DNA of 64,000 bases from contig DGBP01000020.1 in assembly GCA_002384855.1 (NCBI GenBank), forward strand, positions 31,687 to 95,686. Reading direction: 5' to 3'. The translations under genes were made by a program, and so were the position numbers. Shown piece by piece: positions 51,991 to 61,306 of the stretch. This DNA is from Nocardioidaceae bacterium UBA4001. Its GTDB lineage: Bacteria > Actinomycetota > Actinomycetes > Propionibacteriales > Nocardioidaceae. A model generated the notes under the pieces. The model ran no database searches. It was not told the DNA's origin and was given only the letters and a program-made list of their open reading frames with translations. Within the stretch, counting starts at the first letter, position 1. Every line of letters starts with the position of its first letter.

Positions 51991-52553
51991 CTACGTGCGG
52001 GCTGCGTCGTCCCGACTGTGGGTCCGTTGCTGCAGCGGCGACGCGAACCGCTGCGTCACCCGCACCCCCTCCAGCCAGCCGGTGAGCCGGTCGGCCCAGC
52101 CCATCACCGTGGGGTCGAGGCCCGGCAGCAGCGCGGCCCACGGCTGCACAGGCGCGACCTCGTGCACGTCGTCCGGGAGGAGGAAGCCGGTGGCGCCGTC
52201 CAGGTCGACCTGCACCGCCGAGACGTCGCGCAGCGCCTGCCTGACCGCTGCTGCCGTCGAGCCCGGCCACCACCGCAGGTCCCGCTCGGTGCCTGGCCCG
52301 AAGGTCCACAGCCACTGCCGCACGAGCTCGGCCCGAACGGTGGCAGCTCCTCGCGCAGCTGTGCCGAGGACGCCTCCCTGCCGTCGGCCAGGTGAACCAG
52401 GACCGCCTCGGACGCCTCCGCGAGCCGGGCCGCGCCGTCGTCGTACAGGCCCGGCCGCGCGCAGACCGGTGCCGAGACGATGCCGCCTCGCGAGGCGGGC
52501 CTTCCGCTCCACCACGGTGACCGTGTGCACGCCCCCAATGTAGGGGCGGCCAC
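51991..52553 (-). pseudogene. Heavily decayed winged-helix (HTH_42/DUF1006, AlkZ/YcaQ-like) gene remnant
   Basis: Family-like pieces lie in two frames. Frame of 52530: ERKARLARRHRL..., AELVRQWLWTFGPGTERDLRWW.G......AL....AVQVDLDG.TGFLLPDD, ALLPGLDPTVMGW and a terminal GVRVTQRF. Frame of 52553: LYDDGAARLAEASEAVLVHLADGREASSAQLREELP. About 180 codons remain against roughly 350-400 expected. Confidence 0.6.
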
Positions 52554-52576
52554 CGACCTCTCCTTAGGGTGAGCCG

Positions 52577-53788
52577 GTGACCCCGCCCGCCCCGAAGGCT
52601 CCCGTCGAGGACAGCCGTTGGGAGCGCGTGCTGCTGCTCGCGGGCATCGTGGTGCTCGCCTTCAACCTCCGCCCCGCCGCGGTCAGCGTCGGCCCGGTGC
52701 TCGACGAGATCACCTCCGCGCTCGGCATGTCGGGAGCCGTCGCCGGTGTCCTGACCACGCTCCCGGTCCTCGCGTTCGCGGCGTTCGGTGCGCTGGCCCC
52801 CGAGCTGGCCCGCCGCCTCGGCCTCCATCACGTCACCCTGGTCTCCCTGGTCGCGGTGGTAGTGGGACTCGGCATCCGTGCGCGCACCGACGAGATCTGG
52901 GTCTTCCTCGTCGCCTCGCTGGTCGGCCTCGGCGGCATGGCGACCGCGAACGTCCTGCTGCCCTCACTGGTGAAGCTGCACTTCCCGCGCCGGGTCGGGC
53001 TGCTCACGTCGGTCTACACGACCTCGATGGCCGTCGGCCTCACGTTCGCCTCGAGCCTCACCGTCCCGATCGCCGAGCAGACCGGGTCGTGGCGATGGGG
53101 GCTGTTCGCGTGGGCGCTGACCGCCGTGGTCGCGGCGCTGCCCTGGATCGGTCTGCTGCGCCACGACCGGACGCCGTCTCCCGAGCCCCACACCATCACC
53201 CTGCGCCAGGTCGCGCGCACCCGGCTCGGCTGGTCGATGGCGCTCTTCTTCGGCCTCCAGTCGCTGCAGGCGTACTCGATCTTCGGCTGGTTCGCGCAGG
53301 TGTACCGCGACGCCGGGTTCTCCGCGACCACCGCCGGGCTGCTCCTGGGGGTGATCACGGCGATGAGCATCCCGCTGTCGTTCCTGATCCCGTCCTTCGC
53401 GGCGCGGATGCACCACCAGACCTGGCTGATCGTCGGCCTGATCGCCTGTTACCCCGTCGGCTACCTCGGGCTGATCCTCGCGCCCGTCGCCGGGGCCTGG
53501 GCGTGGGCGGTGCTCGTGGGCACCGCGGCGAGCGTGTTCCCGCTCGTCCTCACGCTGATCGGGCTCCGGGCCCGCACCAGGGAGGGCACCGCCGCCCTGT
53601 CCGGCTTCACCCAGTCGGTGGGCTACCTGATCGCGGCGGTCGGCCCCTTCGGGATGGGCGTGCTGTACGACGCGACGGGCGGCTGGACCGTCCCCCTGTC
53701 GGTGCTCCTCGTGCTGGTGGTCGGCCAGCTCGCGGCAGGGCTCGCGGTCGCGAGACCGTCGTACATCGAGGACTCCGTCCGCCGCTGA
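52577..53788 (+). CDS. MFS transporter, CynX/NimT-like
   Basis: LLLAGIVVLAFNLRPAAVSVGPVLDEI...LGMS....G.LTTLPVLAF is typical of the cyanate-permease-like MFS subfamily. 12 hydrophobic helices. GTG start. Confidence 0.85.
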   Translation: MTPPAPKAPVEDSRWERVLLLAGIVVLAFNLRPAAVSVGPVLDEITSALGMSGAVAGVLTTLPVLAFAAFGALAPELARRLGLHHVTLVSLVAVVVGLGIRARTDEIWVFLVASLVGLGGMATANVLLPSLVKLHFPRRVGLLTSVYTTSMAVGLTFASSLTVPIAEQTGSWRWGLFAWALTAVVAALPWIGLLRHDRTPSPEPHTITLRQVARTRLGWSMALFFGLQSLQAYSIFGWFAQVYRDAGFSATTAGLLLGVITAMSIPLSFLIPSFAARMHHQTWLIVGLIACYPVGYLGLILAPVAGAWAWAVLVGTAASVFPLVLTLIGLRARTREGTAALSGFTQSVGYLIAAVGPFGMGVLYDATGGWTVPLSVLLVLVVGQLAAGLAVARPSYIEDSVRR

Positions 53789-53806
53789 ACAGCCGGTCCG
53801 GAACGG

Positions 53807-55762
53807 TCAGACGACCGACAGCGGCAGGAGCTTCTGACCGGTGGGGCCGATCTGGATCTCGGTGTCCATCTGCGGGCACACGCCGCAGTCGTAGCAGGGC
53901 GTCCAACGGCAGTCCTCGACCTCGACGGTGGAGTCGGGGTCGATCGCGTCCTGCCAGTCCTCCCACAGCCAGTCGCGGTCCAGGCCGGAGTCGAGGTGGT
54001 CCCAGGGCAGGACCTCGGAGTACTCCCGCTCGCGGACGGTGTACCAGTCGAGGTCGACCGGGGAGTCGGCCAGCGCGCGCTTGGAGGCGTCGACCCAACG
54101 GTCGAAGGAGAAGTGCTCGCTCCACCCGTCGAACCGGCCGCCGTCGCGCCAGACCTCCTCGATGATGCCGCCGACCCGACGGTCGCCGCGGGACAGCAGT
54201 CCCTCGATGATGCCGGGGCGGCCGTCGTGGTAGCGGAAGCCGATGGCCCGGCCGTACTGCTTGTCGGCCCGGACCATGTCCCGCAGCTTCTTCAGCCGCT
54301 CGTCGGTGGTCTCGTGGTCGAGCTGCGCGGCCCACTGGAACGGCGTGTGCGGCTTGGGCACGAAGCCGCCGATGGACACGGTGCAGCGGATGTCCCTGCG
54401 GCCGGAGACCTCGCGGCCCTTGGCGATCACCTTCTTGGCGAGCTCGCCGATCTCGAGGACGTCCTCGTCGGTCTCGGTCGGCAGGCCGCACATGAAGTAG
54501 AGCTTCACCTGCCGCCAGCCGTGGGAGTAGGCCGTCGCCACGGTGCGGATCAGGTCCTCCTCCGTGACCATCTTGTTGATGACCCGCCGCATCCGCTCGG
54601 ACCCGCCCTCGGGGGCGAAGGTCAGCCCCGAGCGGCGCCCGTTGCGCGACAGCTCGTTGGCCAGCGTGATGTTGAAGGCGTCGACCCGGGTCGAGGGAAG
54701 CGACAGGGAGACGTTCGAGCCGTCGTACCGGTCCGCAAGGCCCTTGGCGACCTCGCCGATCTCGGTGTGGTCGGCGCTCGACAAGGAGAGCAGGCCGACC
54801 TCCTCGAAGCCGGACTTCCGGATGCCGTTCTCGACCATGTCGCCGATCGTGTTCACCGAGCGCTCACGGACCGGGCGGGTGATCATGCCCGCCTGGCAGA
54901 ACCGGCAGCCGCGGGTGCATCCCCGGAAGATCTCCACCGAGAACCGCTCGTGCACGGTCTCGGCGAGCGGCACGAGAGGCTTCTTCGGGTACGGCCAGGC
55001 GTCGAGGTCCATCAGCGTGTGCTTGTGGACCCGCCACGGCACGCCGGAGGCGTTCGGCGCGACCCGCTTGATGCGGCCGTCGGGCAGGTAGTCGACGTCG
55101 TAGAACTTCGGGACGTAGACGGCGCCCGAGACCGCCAGGCGGTACAGCAGCTCGTCGCGCGAGGTGCGGCCGCCCAGGCCGGGCATCCCCTCGTCCTTCC
55201 ACTCCCGGATGACCTCGGAGATCGCGAGCACGATCTCCTCGCCGTCACCGAGCACCGCCGCGTCGACGAAGTCGGAGACCGGCTCGGGGTTGAACGCCGA
55301 GTGCCCGCCGGCGATCACGACCGGGTCCTCCTCGCCGCGGTCGACCGCGTGCAGAGGGATCCCGGCCAGGTCCAACGCCGTCAAGAGGTTGGTGTAGCCG
55401 AGCTCGGTCGCGAACGAGACGCCCAGGACGTCGAAGGCGCGCACCGGCCGGTGGTTGTCGACCGTGAACTGGGGGATGCCGTTCTCCCGCATCATCTTCT
55501 CCATGTCCGGCCACACCGAGTAGGTGCGCTCGGCCATGATCCAGTCACGCTCGTTGAGCACCTCGTAGAGGATCTGCACGCCCTGGTTCGGCTGCCCCAC
55601 CTCGTAGGCGTCGGGGTACATCAACGCCCACCGGACCGAGACCTCGTCCCAGGCCTTCGACGTCGCGTTGAGCTCGCCACCGACGTACTGGATCGGCTTC
55701 TGCACCGACGGCAGCAGCGGCTCGAGTCGTGAGAAGACGGACTCGGCGTGGGGCGCGGGCAT
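53807..55762 (-). CDS. TIGR03960-type B12-binding-domain radical SAM protein
   Basis: Radical SAM cluster motif EIFRGCTRGCRFCQAG. N-terminal B12-binding-like domain. About 650 aa, typical for this uncharacterised family. Confidence 0.88.
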   Translation of the reverse strand: MPAPHAESVFSRLEPLLPSVQKPIQYVGGELNATSKAWDEVSVRWALMYPDAYEVGQPNQGVQILYEVLNERDWIMAERTYSVWPDMEKMMRENGIPQFTVDNHRPVRAFDVLGVSFATELGYTNLLTALDLAGIPLHAVDRGEEDPVVIAGGHSAFNPEPVSDFVDAAVLGDGEEIVLAISEVIREWKDEGMPGLGGRTSRDELLYRLAVSGAVYVPKFYDVDYLPDGRIKRVAPNASGVPWRVHKHTLMDLDAWPYPKKPLVPLAETVHERFSVEIFRGCTRGCRFCQAGMITRPVRERSVNTIGDMVENGIRKSGFEEVGLLSLSSADHTEIGEVAKGLADRYDGSNVSLSLPSTRVDAFNITLANELSRNGRRSGLTFAPEGGSERMRRVINKMVTEEDLIRTVATAYSHGWRQVKLYFMCGLPTETDEDVLEIGELAKKVIAKGREVSGRRDIRCTVSIGGFVPKPHTPFQWAAQLDHETTDERLKKLRDMVRADKQYGRAIGFRYHDGRPGIIEGLLSRGDRRVGGIIEEVWRDGGRFDGWSEHFSFDRWVDASKRALADSPVDLDWYTVREREYSEVLPWDHLDSGLDRDWLWEDWQDAIDPDSTVEVEDCRWTPCYDCGVCPQMDTEIQIGPTGQKLLPLSVV

Positions 55763-55841
55763 GCAGCAACCTCTCGAGGTCGGGGTGGGGTCCCTACCAG
55801 GGTACGACGCGCGCCCGGGAGGTTCTAACCGCCGAGGCGGC

Positions 55842-56012
55842 TCACTCCGGCTCCGCCAGCTCCCGCATCGCCGCCTCGGCCAGGGACAGCTCCTCGCGGG
55901 CCAGGGCGATCAGGTCGCACAGTCCCTGGACCCCGAACCGGTTGCTGACGTTCTCCACGGCGTCGACGATGACCGGGTCCACGTCGGCAGCGGGTGTCGT
56001 GCTCTCATCCAT
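55842..56012 (-). CDS. Candidate 56-aa acidic protein, below the ORF-track cutoff
   Basis: Hand translation gives MDESTTPAADVDPVIVDAVENVSNRFGVQGLCDLIALAREELSLAEAAMRELAEPE. G/C third positions dominate. It is co-directional between the SnoaL-like gene and the radical SAM gene. The RBS is weak. Confidence 0.35.
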   Translation of the reverse strand: MDESTTPAADVDPVIVDAVENVSNRFGVQGLCDLIALAREELSLAEAAMRELAEPE

Positions 56013-56087
56013 CCCGCCATCCTGGCCGGTCGGGCTGCGCGGGTCCAGGGACGCCCCGCCAGGCGTGTCGGGGTCGGCGCGGTCGGG

Positions 56088-56492
56088 TCACCCCTTCACG
56101 TACGACAGCTTCTCGGCGACCTTGCCGTCACGGAAGGCGAGCACGTCCACCCCACGGACGTGCCCGCGACTGCCGTCCGGCTGACGCCAGGAGTACCGCC
56201 ACCGGACCGTCCCGCGGTCCCGGTGCACGAACGTCTCCTCGGTCTCGAACGCCCGCTCCGACGTGGTCGCGAGGAGCTCCTCCCACACACGGCGGACCGC
56301 GGCCTGCCCTTCGAACCGGCGGCCGTCCGGAGCCGGGGACGTCGACTCGAAGACGCAGTCGTCGGTCATCAGGCTCATCACGACGTCCACGTCCGCGGCC
56401 GCGAAGGCGTCCGAGAACCTCGCCACCAGGGCGTGGTTCGGGCCCGGTCGTTCTGCCGTCCGTCTTCGCGCTCCGCCGGTGGGCGTGACCAC
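56088..56492 (-). CDS. Nuclear transport factor 2 (SnoaL-like) family protein
   Basis: LVARFSDAFAAADVDVVMSLMTDDCVFES...G.RF.G..AVRRVWEE and VD.L.FRDGK. GTG start; the N-terminus is uncertain. Confidence 0.75.
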   Translation of the reverse strand: MVTPTGGARRRTAERPGPNHALVARFSDAFAAADVDVVMSLMTDDCVFESTSPAPDGRRFEGQAAVRRVWEELLATTSERAFETEETFVHRDRGTVRWRYSWRQPDGSRGHVRGVDVLAFRDGKVAEKLSYVKG

Positions 56493-56513
56493 GGGTGTAG
56501 GTGAGGTGTCTCC

Positions 56514-57731
56514 TCAGAACCGGGACCGTGGCGTACGGGTGCGGACGGCGCCGACTCCCATGGACCGGTCCGTGCGCAGGTGGATGTTCTGGAGCAGACC
56601 GATGGCCATCAGGCCCGCGAACATCGAGGAGCCGCCGTACGACACCAGCGGGAGCGGGACGCCGGTCACGGGCATGATGCCGAGCGACATCCCGATGTTC
56701 TGGAACGCCTGGAAGCCGAACCACACCGCGATGCCCCCGGCGGCCAGCCGCCCGAACAGGTCGTCCGACCGCATCGCGATGGTCAGGGCACGCCACAGGA
56801 CGAGGCCGAGCAGCGCGATGATGATCCCGGAGCCGACGAGGCCGAGCTCCTCCCCCGCGACGGTGTAGATGAAGTCGGTGTGCTGCTCGGGGACGAAGCC
56901 GGACTGCGTCTGCGAACCCTCGAAGAGGCCCTGGCCGAAGACACCGCCGTTGCCGATCGCGATGCGGGCCTGCTCGGTGTTGTAGCCGGCGCCCCGGGGG
57001 TCGAGGCCGGGGTTCGTGAACGCCAGGAACCGGTCGACCTGGTACTCCTTCAGGACGCCTGCCTGCACGGCGAGCACCGCGCCGCCGACCGCTCCCCCGG
57101 CGAGGGCGACCAGCCACCGCCGCGGGGCGCCGGAGATCGCCACCACCCCGAAGACCGTCGCCGAGAGCACCAGCATGGTGCCGAGGTCCGGCTGGAGCAG
57201 GATCAGGACCGCCGGGAGACCCGCGAGGAGCAGCATCCCGAGCACGTCGAGGTGCCGGACGTCGCGCTGCCTCCACGACCCCTCGGTCCGTTCGGCGACC
57301 AACAGGGCCATGCCGATGACGACCGCGAGCTTGGCGAACTCCGCCGGCTGGACCGACATCCCGCCCAGCATCAGCCACGACCGGGAGCCGTTGATCGTGC
57401 TGCCCATGACGAGGACCAGGCCGAGTCCCACCACGGAGGCGAGGTAGACCAGCGGCGCGAGGATGCGCACCCACCGGTGGTCGGTGGCGATGATCATCAC
57501 GCCCAGCACGACGCCGATCGCGATGTTGACCAGGTGGCGCTTGAGGTACGCCGTCGGGTCTCCCCCGGTGAGGTCCTCCCGGTTCACGGTAGCGGACCAG
57601 ACGAGCATCGACCCGACCACCAGCAGGCCGGCCACGGCCAGCATCAGCAGCCAGTCGAGGCGCGGGGCCCGGGTGCTGCTCGGCGGGTCGACGCGGACGT
57701 TGCGCGGCCGGGCGGAGGGGGCGAGGGTCAT
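56514..57731 (-). CDS. rodA: Rod shape-determining protein RodA (SEDS family)
   Basis: QPAEFAKL, DLGT, EQHTDFIY and GIMPVTGVPLPLVSYGGSS. ATGA overlap with the mrdA stop. Confidence 0.93.
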   Translation of the reverse strand: MTLAPSARPRNVRVDPPSSTRAPRLDWLLMLAVAGLLVVGSMLVWSATVNREDLTGGDPTAYLKRHLVNIAIGVVLGVMIIATDHRWVRILAPLVYLASVVGLGLVLVMGSTINGSRSWLMLGGMSVQPAEFAKLAVVIGMALLVAERTEGSWRQRDVRHLDVLGMLLLAGLPAVLILLQPDLGTMLVLSATVFGVVAISGAPRRWLVALAGGAVGGAVLAVQAGVLKEYQVDRFLAFTNPGLDPRGAGYNTEQARIAIGNGGVFGQGLFEGSQTQSGFVPEQHTDFIYTVAGEELGLVGSGIIIALLGLVLWRALTIAMRSDDLFGRLAAGGIAVWFGFQAFQNIGMSLGIMPVTGVPLPLVSYGGSSMFAGLMAIGLLQNIHLRTDRSMGVGAVRTRTPRSRF

Positions 57732-59875
57732 CGGCGTGACCTCCCGTCCTTGCGCGCGGCGGGCGGCAGGATCTCGCCGTCCCTGGCGAAGACGGGCAGG
57801 CCCGCCGGCGGCGTCGCCCCGGGCAGTGCCGCCTTCCCCGCCACGACCCGGTCGCCACGCACGCCGTACAACGCCTCCCAGATCTTGCGGATCGCCGGAC
57901 CGGAGGTGCCCGAGCCGGTGCCACCCTGGGAGACCATCATCACGACCGCGTAGCGGTCGTCGTACGACGCCACCCACGAGGTGCTCTGCTTGCCGTAGAC
58001 CTCCGCCGAGCCGGTCTTGGAGCGGATCTTGACCTTGTCGAGCGGGAAGTCGACCAGCCTCCACGACATGGTGCCGCGCTCGGACACACCCTTCAGTGCG
58101 CGGTCGATGTACTCCAGGTGACGCTTGGCGACCTTGGTGGACCCGGCCTTCTTCGGCTTGATCTCCCGGATGACCTTGCCCTCGGGGTCGACGATCGCGC
58201 GCGCCACCCGCGGCTCCCACAGCGTGCCGCCGTTGCCGATGGCGGCATAGGCGCGGGCCAGCTGCAGCGGGGTGACGATCGTGTCGCCCTGCCCGATCGC
58301 GAAGTTCACGGCGTCACCGGCGCGGTAGGCGAACCCCTCGACACAGAACTCCCGGGCGAAACGGTGCAGGAAGTCGTTGCCCGGCTTCTTGCCGATCCGG
58401 CAGTAGTAGTCCTTGTTGGCCTCGTAGTAGTCGCGCTTCCACTGCCGGTCGGCGATGCGGCCGCTCGCCTCACCGGGCAGGTCGAGGCCGGTCTCCTCGC
58501 CGAAGCCGAAGGCCTTCGCGATCCGCACGAGGGGGTCGCGGGCCTTCACGTCGTCGACGTCGCTGCCGAACTTCTGCCAGTAGTTGTAGCCGATCCGGTA
58601 GAAGAAGGTGTTGCAGGAGACCTCGAGCGCGCGGTCGAAGCCGATCGACCCGTAGGCGCCCGACTCGTAGTTCTTGAAGGCGCGGTTGCCGACCGTGAAC
58701 GACGAGGAGCAGTCGAGGCGGGAGTCCTGGCGGTAGCCGTTCTCGAGCGCACCGGCGGTCATGAACGGCTTCCAGGTCGAGCCCGGCGCGAACTGGCCCT
58801 GGGTGGCACGGAACAGCAGCGGTGTGCCGGCCTCCTCGGAGTACAACCGGGTCAGCGCCTTGGTGCTGATCCCGCCGACCCAGACCCCGGGGTCGTACGT
58901 CGGGTAGCCCGCCATCGCCACGACCCGCCCGGTCGTCACGTCGAGCACGACGGCGGCTCCAGAGTCGGCGGCGTAGCGGCGCCCGGTCACCTCGTCGACG
59001 GTGCGGCGGGCGGTCCTGATCGTGGACTCGAGCTGCTGCTCCACTACGCCCTGCACCCGTGCGTCGATCGAGGTGACCAGCGTGTCGCCGGCCTCCCCCT
59101 CGACCTCGCCGGAGTCGCCGAGGACACGGCCCTGGCTGTCCACGGCGACCCGCTTGTAGCCCGGTCGGCCGCGCAGGTACTCGTCGTACTGCTTCTCGAC
59201 CCCCGCCCGGCCGACGACCGAGGCGCCGTGCACGGAGGTGTCCTGCTCCGCCTCCGCCTCGTCGAGCTCCTCCTCGGTGATCGGGCTGAGGTAACCGAGG
59301 AGGTGGGCGGCGTTGATGCCGTACGGCGAGGGGTACGCCCGGACGCTGGTGGACTCCGCGAGCACCGCGGGGTAGTCCTCGCTCTGCTCCAGGATCGAGA
59401 CCGCGGTCTCCTGCGGCACGTCCTCGGCGACCGGGACGGGCTGGTAGGGCGAGCCGTTCCAGCAGGTGCCGGCGATCGACCCGGGCTCGCCGCACAGCAG
59501 CGTGCGGGCCTTGACCTCGTCGTACGACGACCCGACGGTGCGAGCGACCCGCCTGAGCAGGACCTCCTGGTCGTCGTCGTCCATGCGTTTGAGGAGCGTG
59601 CGGTCGACCGTGACCACCCACGAGGTTCGGTTGGCGACCAGCGGGCGACCCATGTCGTCGACGATCAGCCCCCGGGCCGGCTGGACCACCACCTCACGGA
59701 CCGACTGCTCGGCGGCCTGCGCCTGGTAGGCCTCGCCGCCGAGGACCTGGAGGTACCACAGCCGCGCGAAGAGCGTGACGAACAGCGACAGCACGATCGC
59801 CTGCACCACGACCAGGCGCAGGGTGCTCCTCTGCCGTGACGTGGCGCGGACCCGCGGCATCCGGGCGGCTGCCAT
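57728..59875 (-). CDS. mrdA: Penicillin-binding protein 2 (elongasome transpeptidase)
   Basis: N-terminal TM, a dimerisation domain, and transpeptidase motifs STWKP (SxxK), SCN (SxN-like) and KTGSAE (KTG). Confidence 0.92.
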   Translation of the reverse strand: MAAARMPRVRATSRQRSTLRLVVVQAIVLSLFVTLFARLWYLQVLGGEAYQAQAAEQSVREVVVQPARGLIVDDMGRPLVANRTSWVVTVDRTLLKRMDDDDQEVLLRRVARTVGSSYDEVKARTLLCGEPGSIAGTCWNGSPYQPVPVAEDVPQETAVSILEQSEDYPAVLAESTSVRAYPSPYGINAAHLLGYLSPITEEELDEAEAEQDTSVHGASVVGRAGVEKQYDEYLRGRPGYKRVAVDSQGRVLGDSGEVEGEAGDTLVTSIDARVQGVVEQQLESTIRTARRTVDEVTGRRYAADSGAAVVLDVTTGRVVAMAGYPTYDPGVWVGGISTKALTRLYSEEAGTPLLFRATQGQFAPGSTWKPFMTAGALENGYRQDSRLDCSSSFTVGNRAFKNYESGAYGSIGFDRALEVSCNTFFYRIGYNYWQKFGSDVDDVKARDPLVRIAKAFGFGEETGLDLPGEASGRIADRQWKRDYYEANKDYYCRIGKKPGNDFLHRFAREFCVEGFAYRAGDAVNFAIGQGDTIVTPLQLARAYAAIGNGGTLWEPRVARAIVDPEGKVIREIKPKKAGSTKVAKRHLEYIDRALKGVSERGTMSWRLVDFPLDKVKIRSKTGSAEVYGKQSTSWVASYDDRYAVVMMVSQGGTGSGTSGPAIRKIWEALYGVRGDRVVAGKAALPGATPPAGLPVFARDGEILPPAARKDGRSRR

Positions 59876-60390
59876 CAGTACGCCACCTGATGCGGCTCGA
59901 GGCGTCGGAGGAGCCGCATCATCAGCGGCAGGACGAACGGCGTGAGGAGGACGTCGTACAGCACCGCCGTCGGGATGACCGAGAGCGTCTCGCCGACGGG
60001 GACCGTGGGGTCGCCCAGCACCATCCCGCTCAGTGCGAAGACGGACGTGCCGACGAACGACGACGCGGCCACGGTGACGACGGCGGCGAGCGCGGAGGTA
60101 CGCGCGTCGTGGCGGACCCGGCCCGCGAGGTACCCGACCACCACCAGGGCCAGCGCCCAGCGGCCGGCGATGTGGTCGGCCGGGGGCGCGAGGTCGATCG
60201 CCAGCCCGGCCAGGAAGCCGATCACCGCGGCGAACTCCGGGCCCCGCACGAGCGCCGCCGCCACGACCACGAGCAACGCGAGGTTCGGCACGACACCGCC
60301 GAGGGAGACGTACGGGAAGAGCGCGACCTGCAGCACGACGGCGAGCGTGATCACCAGTGTGAGGACGAGAGCGCGGGCGGCCGCCATCAA
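59875..60390 (-). CDS. mreD: Rod shape-determining protein MreD
   Basis: 171-aa polytopic membrane protein located between mreC and mrdA. Confidence 0.85.
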   Translation of the reverse strand: MMAAARALVLTLVITLAVVLQVALFPYVSLGGVVPNLALLVVVAAALVRGPEFAAVIGFLAGLAIDLAPPADHIAGRWALALVVVGYLAGRVRHDARTSALAAVVTVAASSFVGTSVFALSGMVLGDPTVPVGETLSVIPTAVLYDVLLTPFVLPLMMRLLRRLEPHQVAY

Positions 60391-61295
60391 CGCTCCTCCC
60401 CTGCCGTGCCGGGGTCCCCGGCCCTGATCACCGCGCGGTCGCCGCGGGTGTCGGCGGGGACGACGACGCCGACCAGGTCGAGCGCCGAGAAGTCGGCGAA
60501 CGGCTCGATGACCGCGCGCTTGGACAGCTCGCGCGGGCTGCTGAAGATGGAGGTGACCGTGCCGACGGGCACCCCGGCGACGTACGGCTTGCCGCCCTCG
60601 GAGCCCCAGGTCACGAGCACGTCCCCGGCCTCGGGGGTCACCGCGCCGTCGACCAGGTCGAGGTCGAGACGGCCCTGCTCCTCGATGCCGCCCCGACCGC
60701 GGAGGAAACCGACCTCCATGTTCGAGCCGAGCCGCCCGCCGACGACGGAGTCGCGGTCGATGATCAGCAGCACGGTCGCGGTGGAGCGGTCGGCCCGGAC
60801 CACCCGGCCGACGAGGCCGTCGTTGTTGAGCACGGTCATGTCCGGCCGGACCCCCGAGGAGGTGCCGGCGTCGATAGTCACCGTGCGGGTGAACGACTGC
60901 GCGGGACCGTGCGCGATCACACGGGACGGCACCAGGGCGTGGCCGGTGTCGGCGGAGCTGCGCAGCAGACCGTCGAGCTCGTCGGCGCGGGCACGGTCCA
61001 CCTCGGAGGTGGCCAGCTCGCCGCGCAGGGTGGCGTTCTCCGCCTCGAGACGGTCGACCTCGCCGCGCAGCGCACGCGTGGTCGTGAAGAGCTCGGGCAC
61101 GGCCTGGAAGGGGCGTACGACGGTCGCGGTCACCTTCTCCACCGGCCCGAACACCTCTCCCGCCGCGGAGCGCACCGGCTCGACCGGGGAGTCCTCGCCG
61201 CCACGGGCGTCGAGCGTGATGATCGTGAAGCTGGCGAGCAGCAGGAGCGCGAGGACACCTCGCGAGGGCCTCTTGTGCCGGTCACGCATGGCCAT
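60387..61295 (-). CDS. mreC: Rod shape-determining protein MreC
   Basis: N-terminal TM, coiled coil (LRGEVDRLEAENATLRGEL), and beta-barrel domains with G..V....GLVGRV and G.PVG.V. Confidence 0.9.
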   Translation of the reverse strand: MAMRDRHKRPSRGVLALLLLASFTIITLDARGGEDSPVEPVRSAAGEVFGPVEKVTATVVRPFQAVPELFTTTRALRGEVDRLEAENATLRGELATSEVDRARADELDGLLRSSADTGHALVPSRVIAHGPAQSFTRTVTIDAGTSSGVRPDMTVLNNDGLVGRVVRADRSTATVLLIIDRDSVVGGRLGSNMEVGFLRGRGGIEEQGRLDLDLVDGAVTPEAGDVLVTWGSEGGKPYVAGVPVGTVTSIFSSPRELSKRAVIEPFADFSALDLVGVVVPADTRGDRAVIRAGDPGTAGEER

Positions 61296-61306
61296 GACAG
61301 GTCACC

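Noticed and set aside
47401-52395. 1664-aa ORF on the plus strand, the longest in the window
   Set aside because: It runs antisense to rne, the rne leader, the TIGR03936 gene and the relic. Its translation is R/G/L/A low-complexity with no motifs. Stop-free antisense frames are expected at this G+C content, and the minus-strand genes have clear family signatures.
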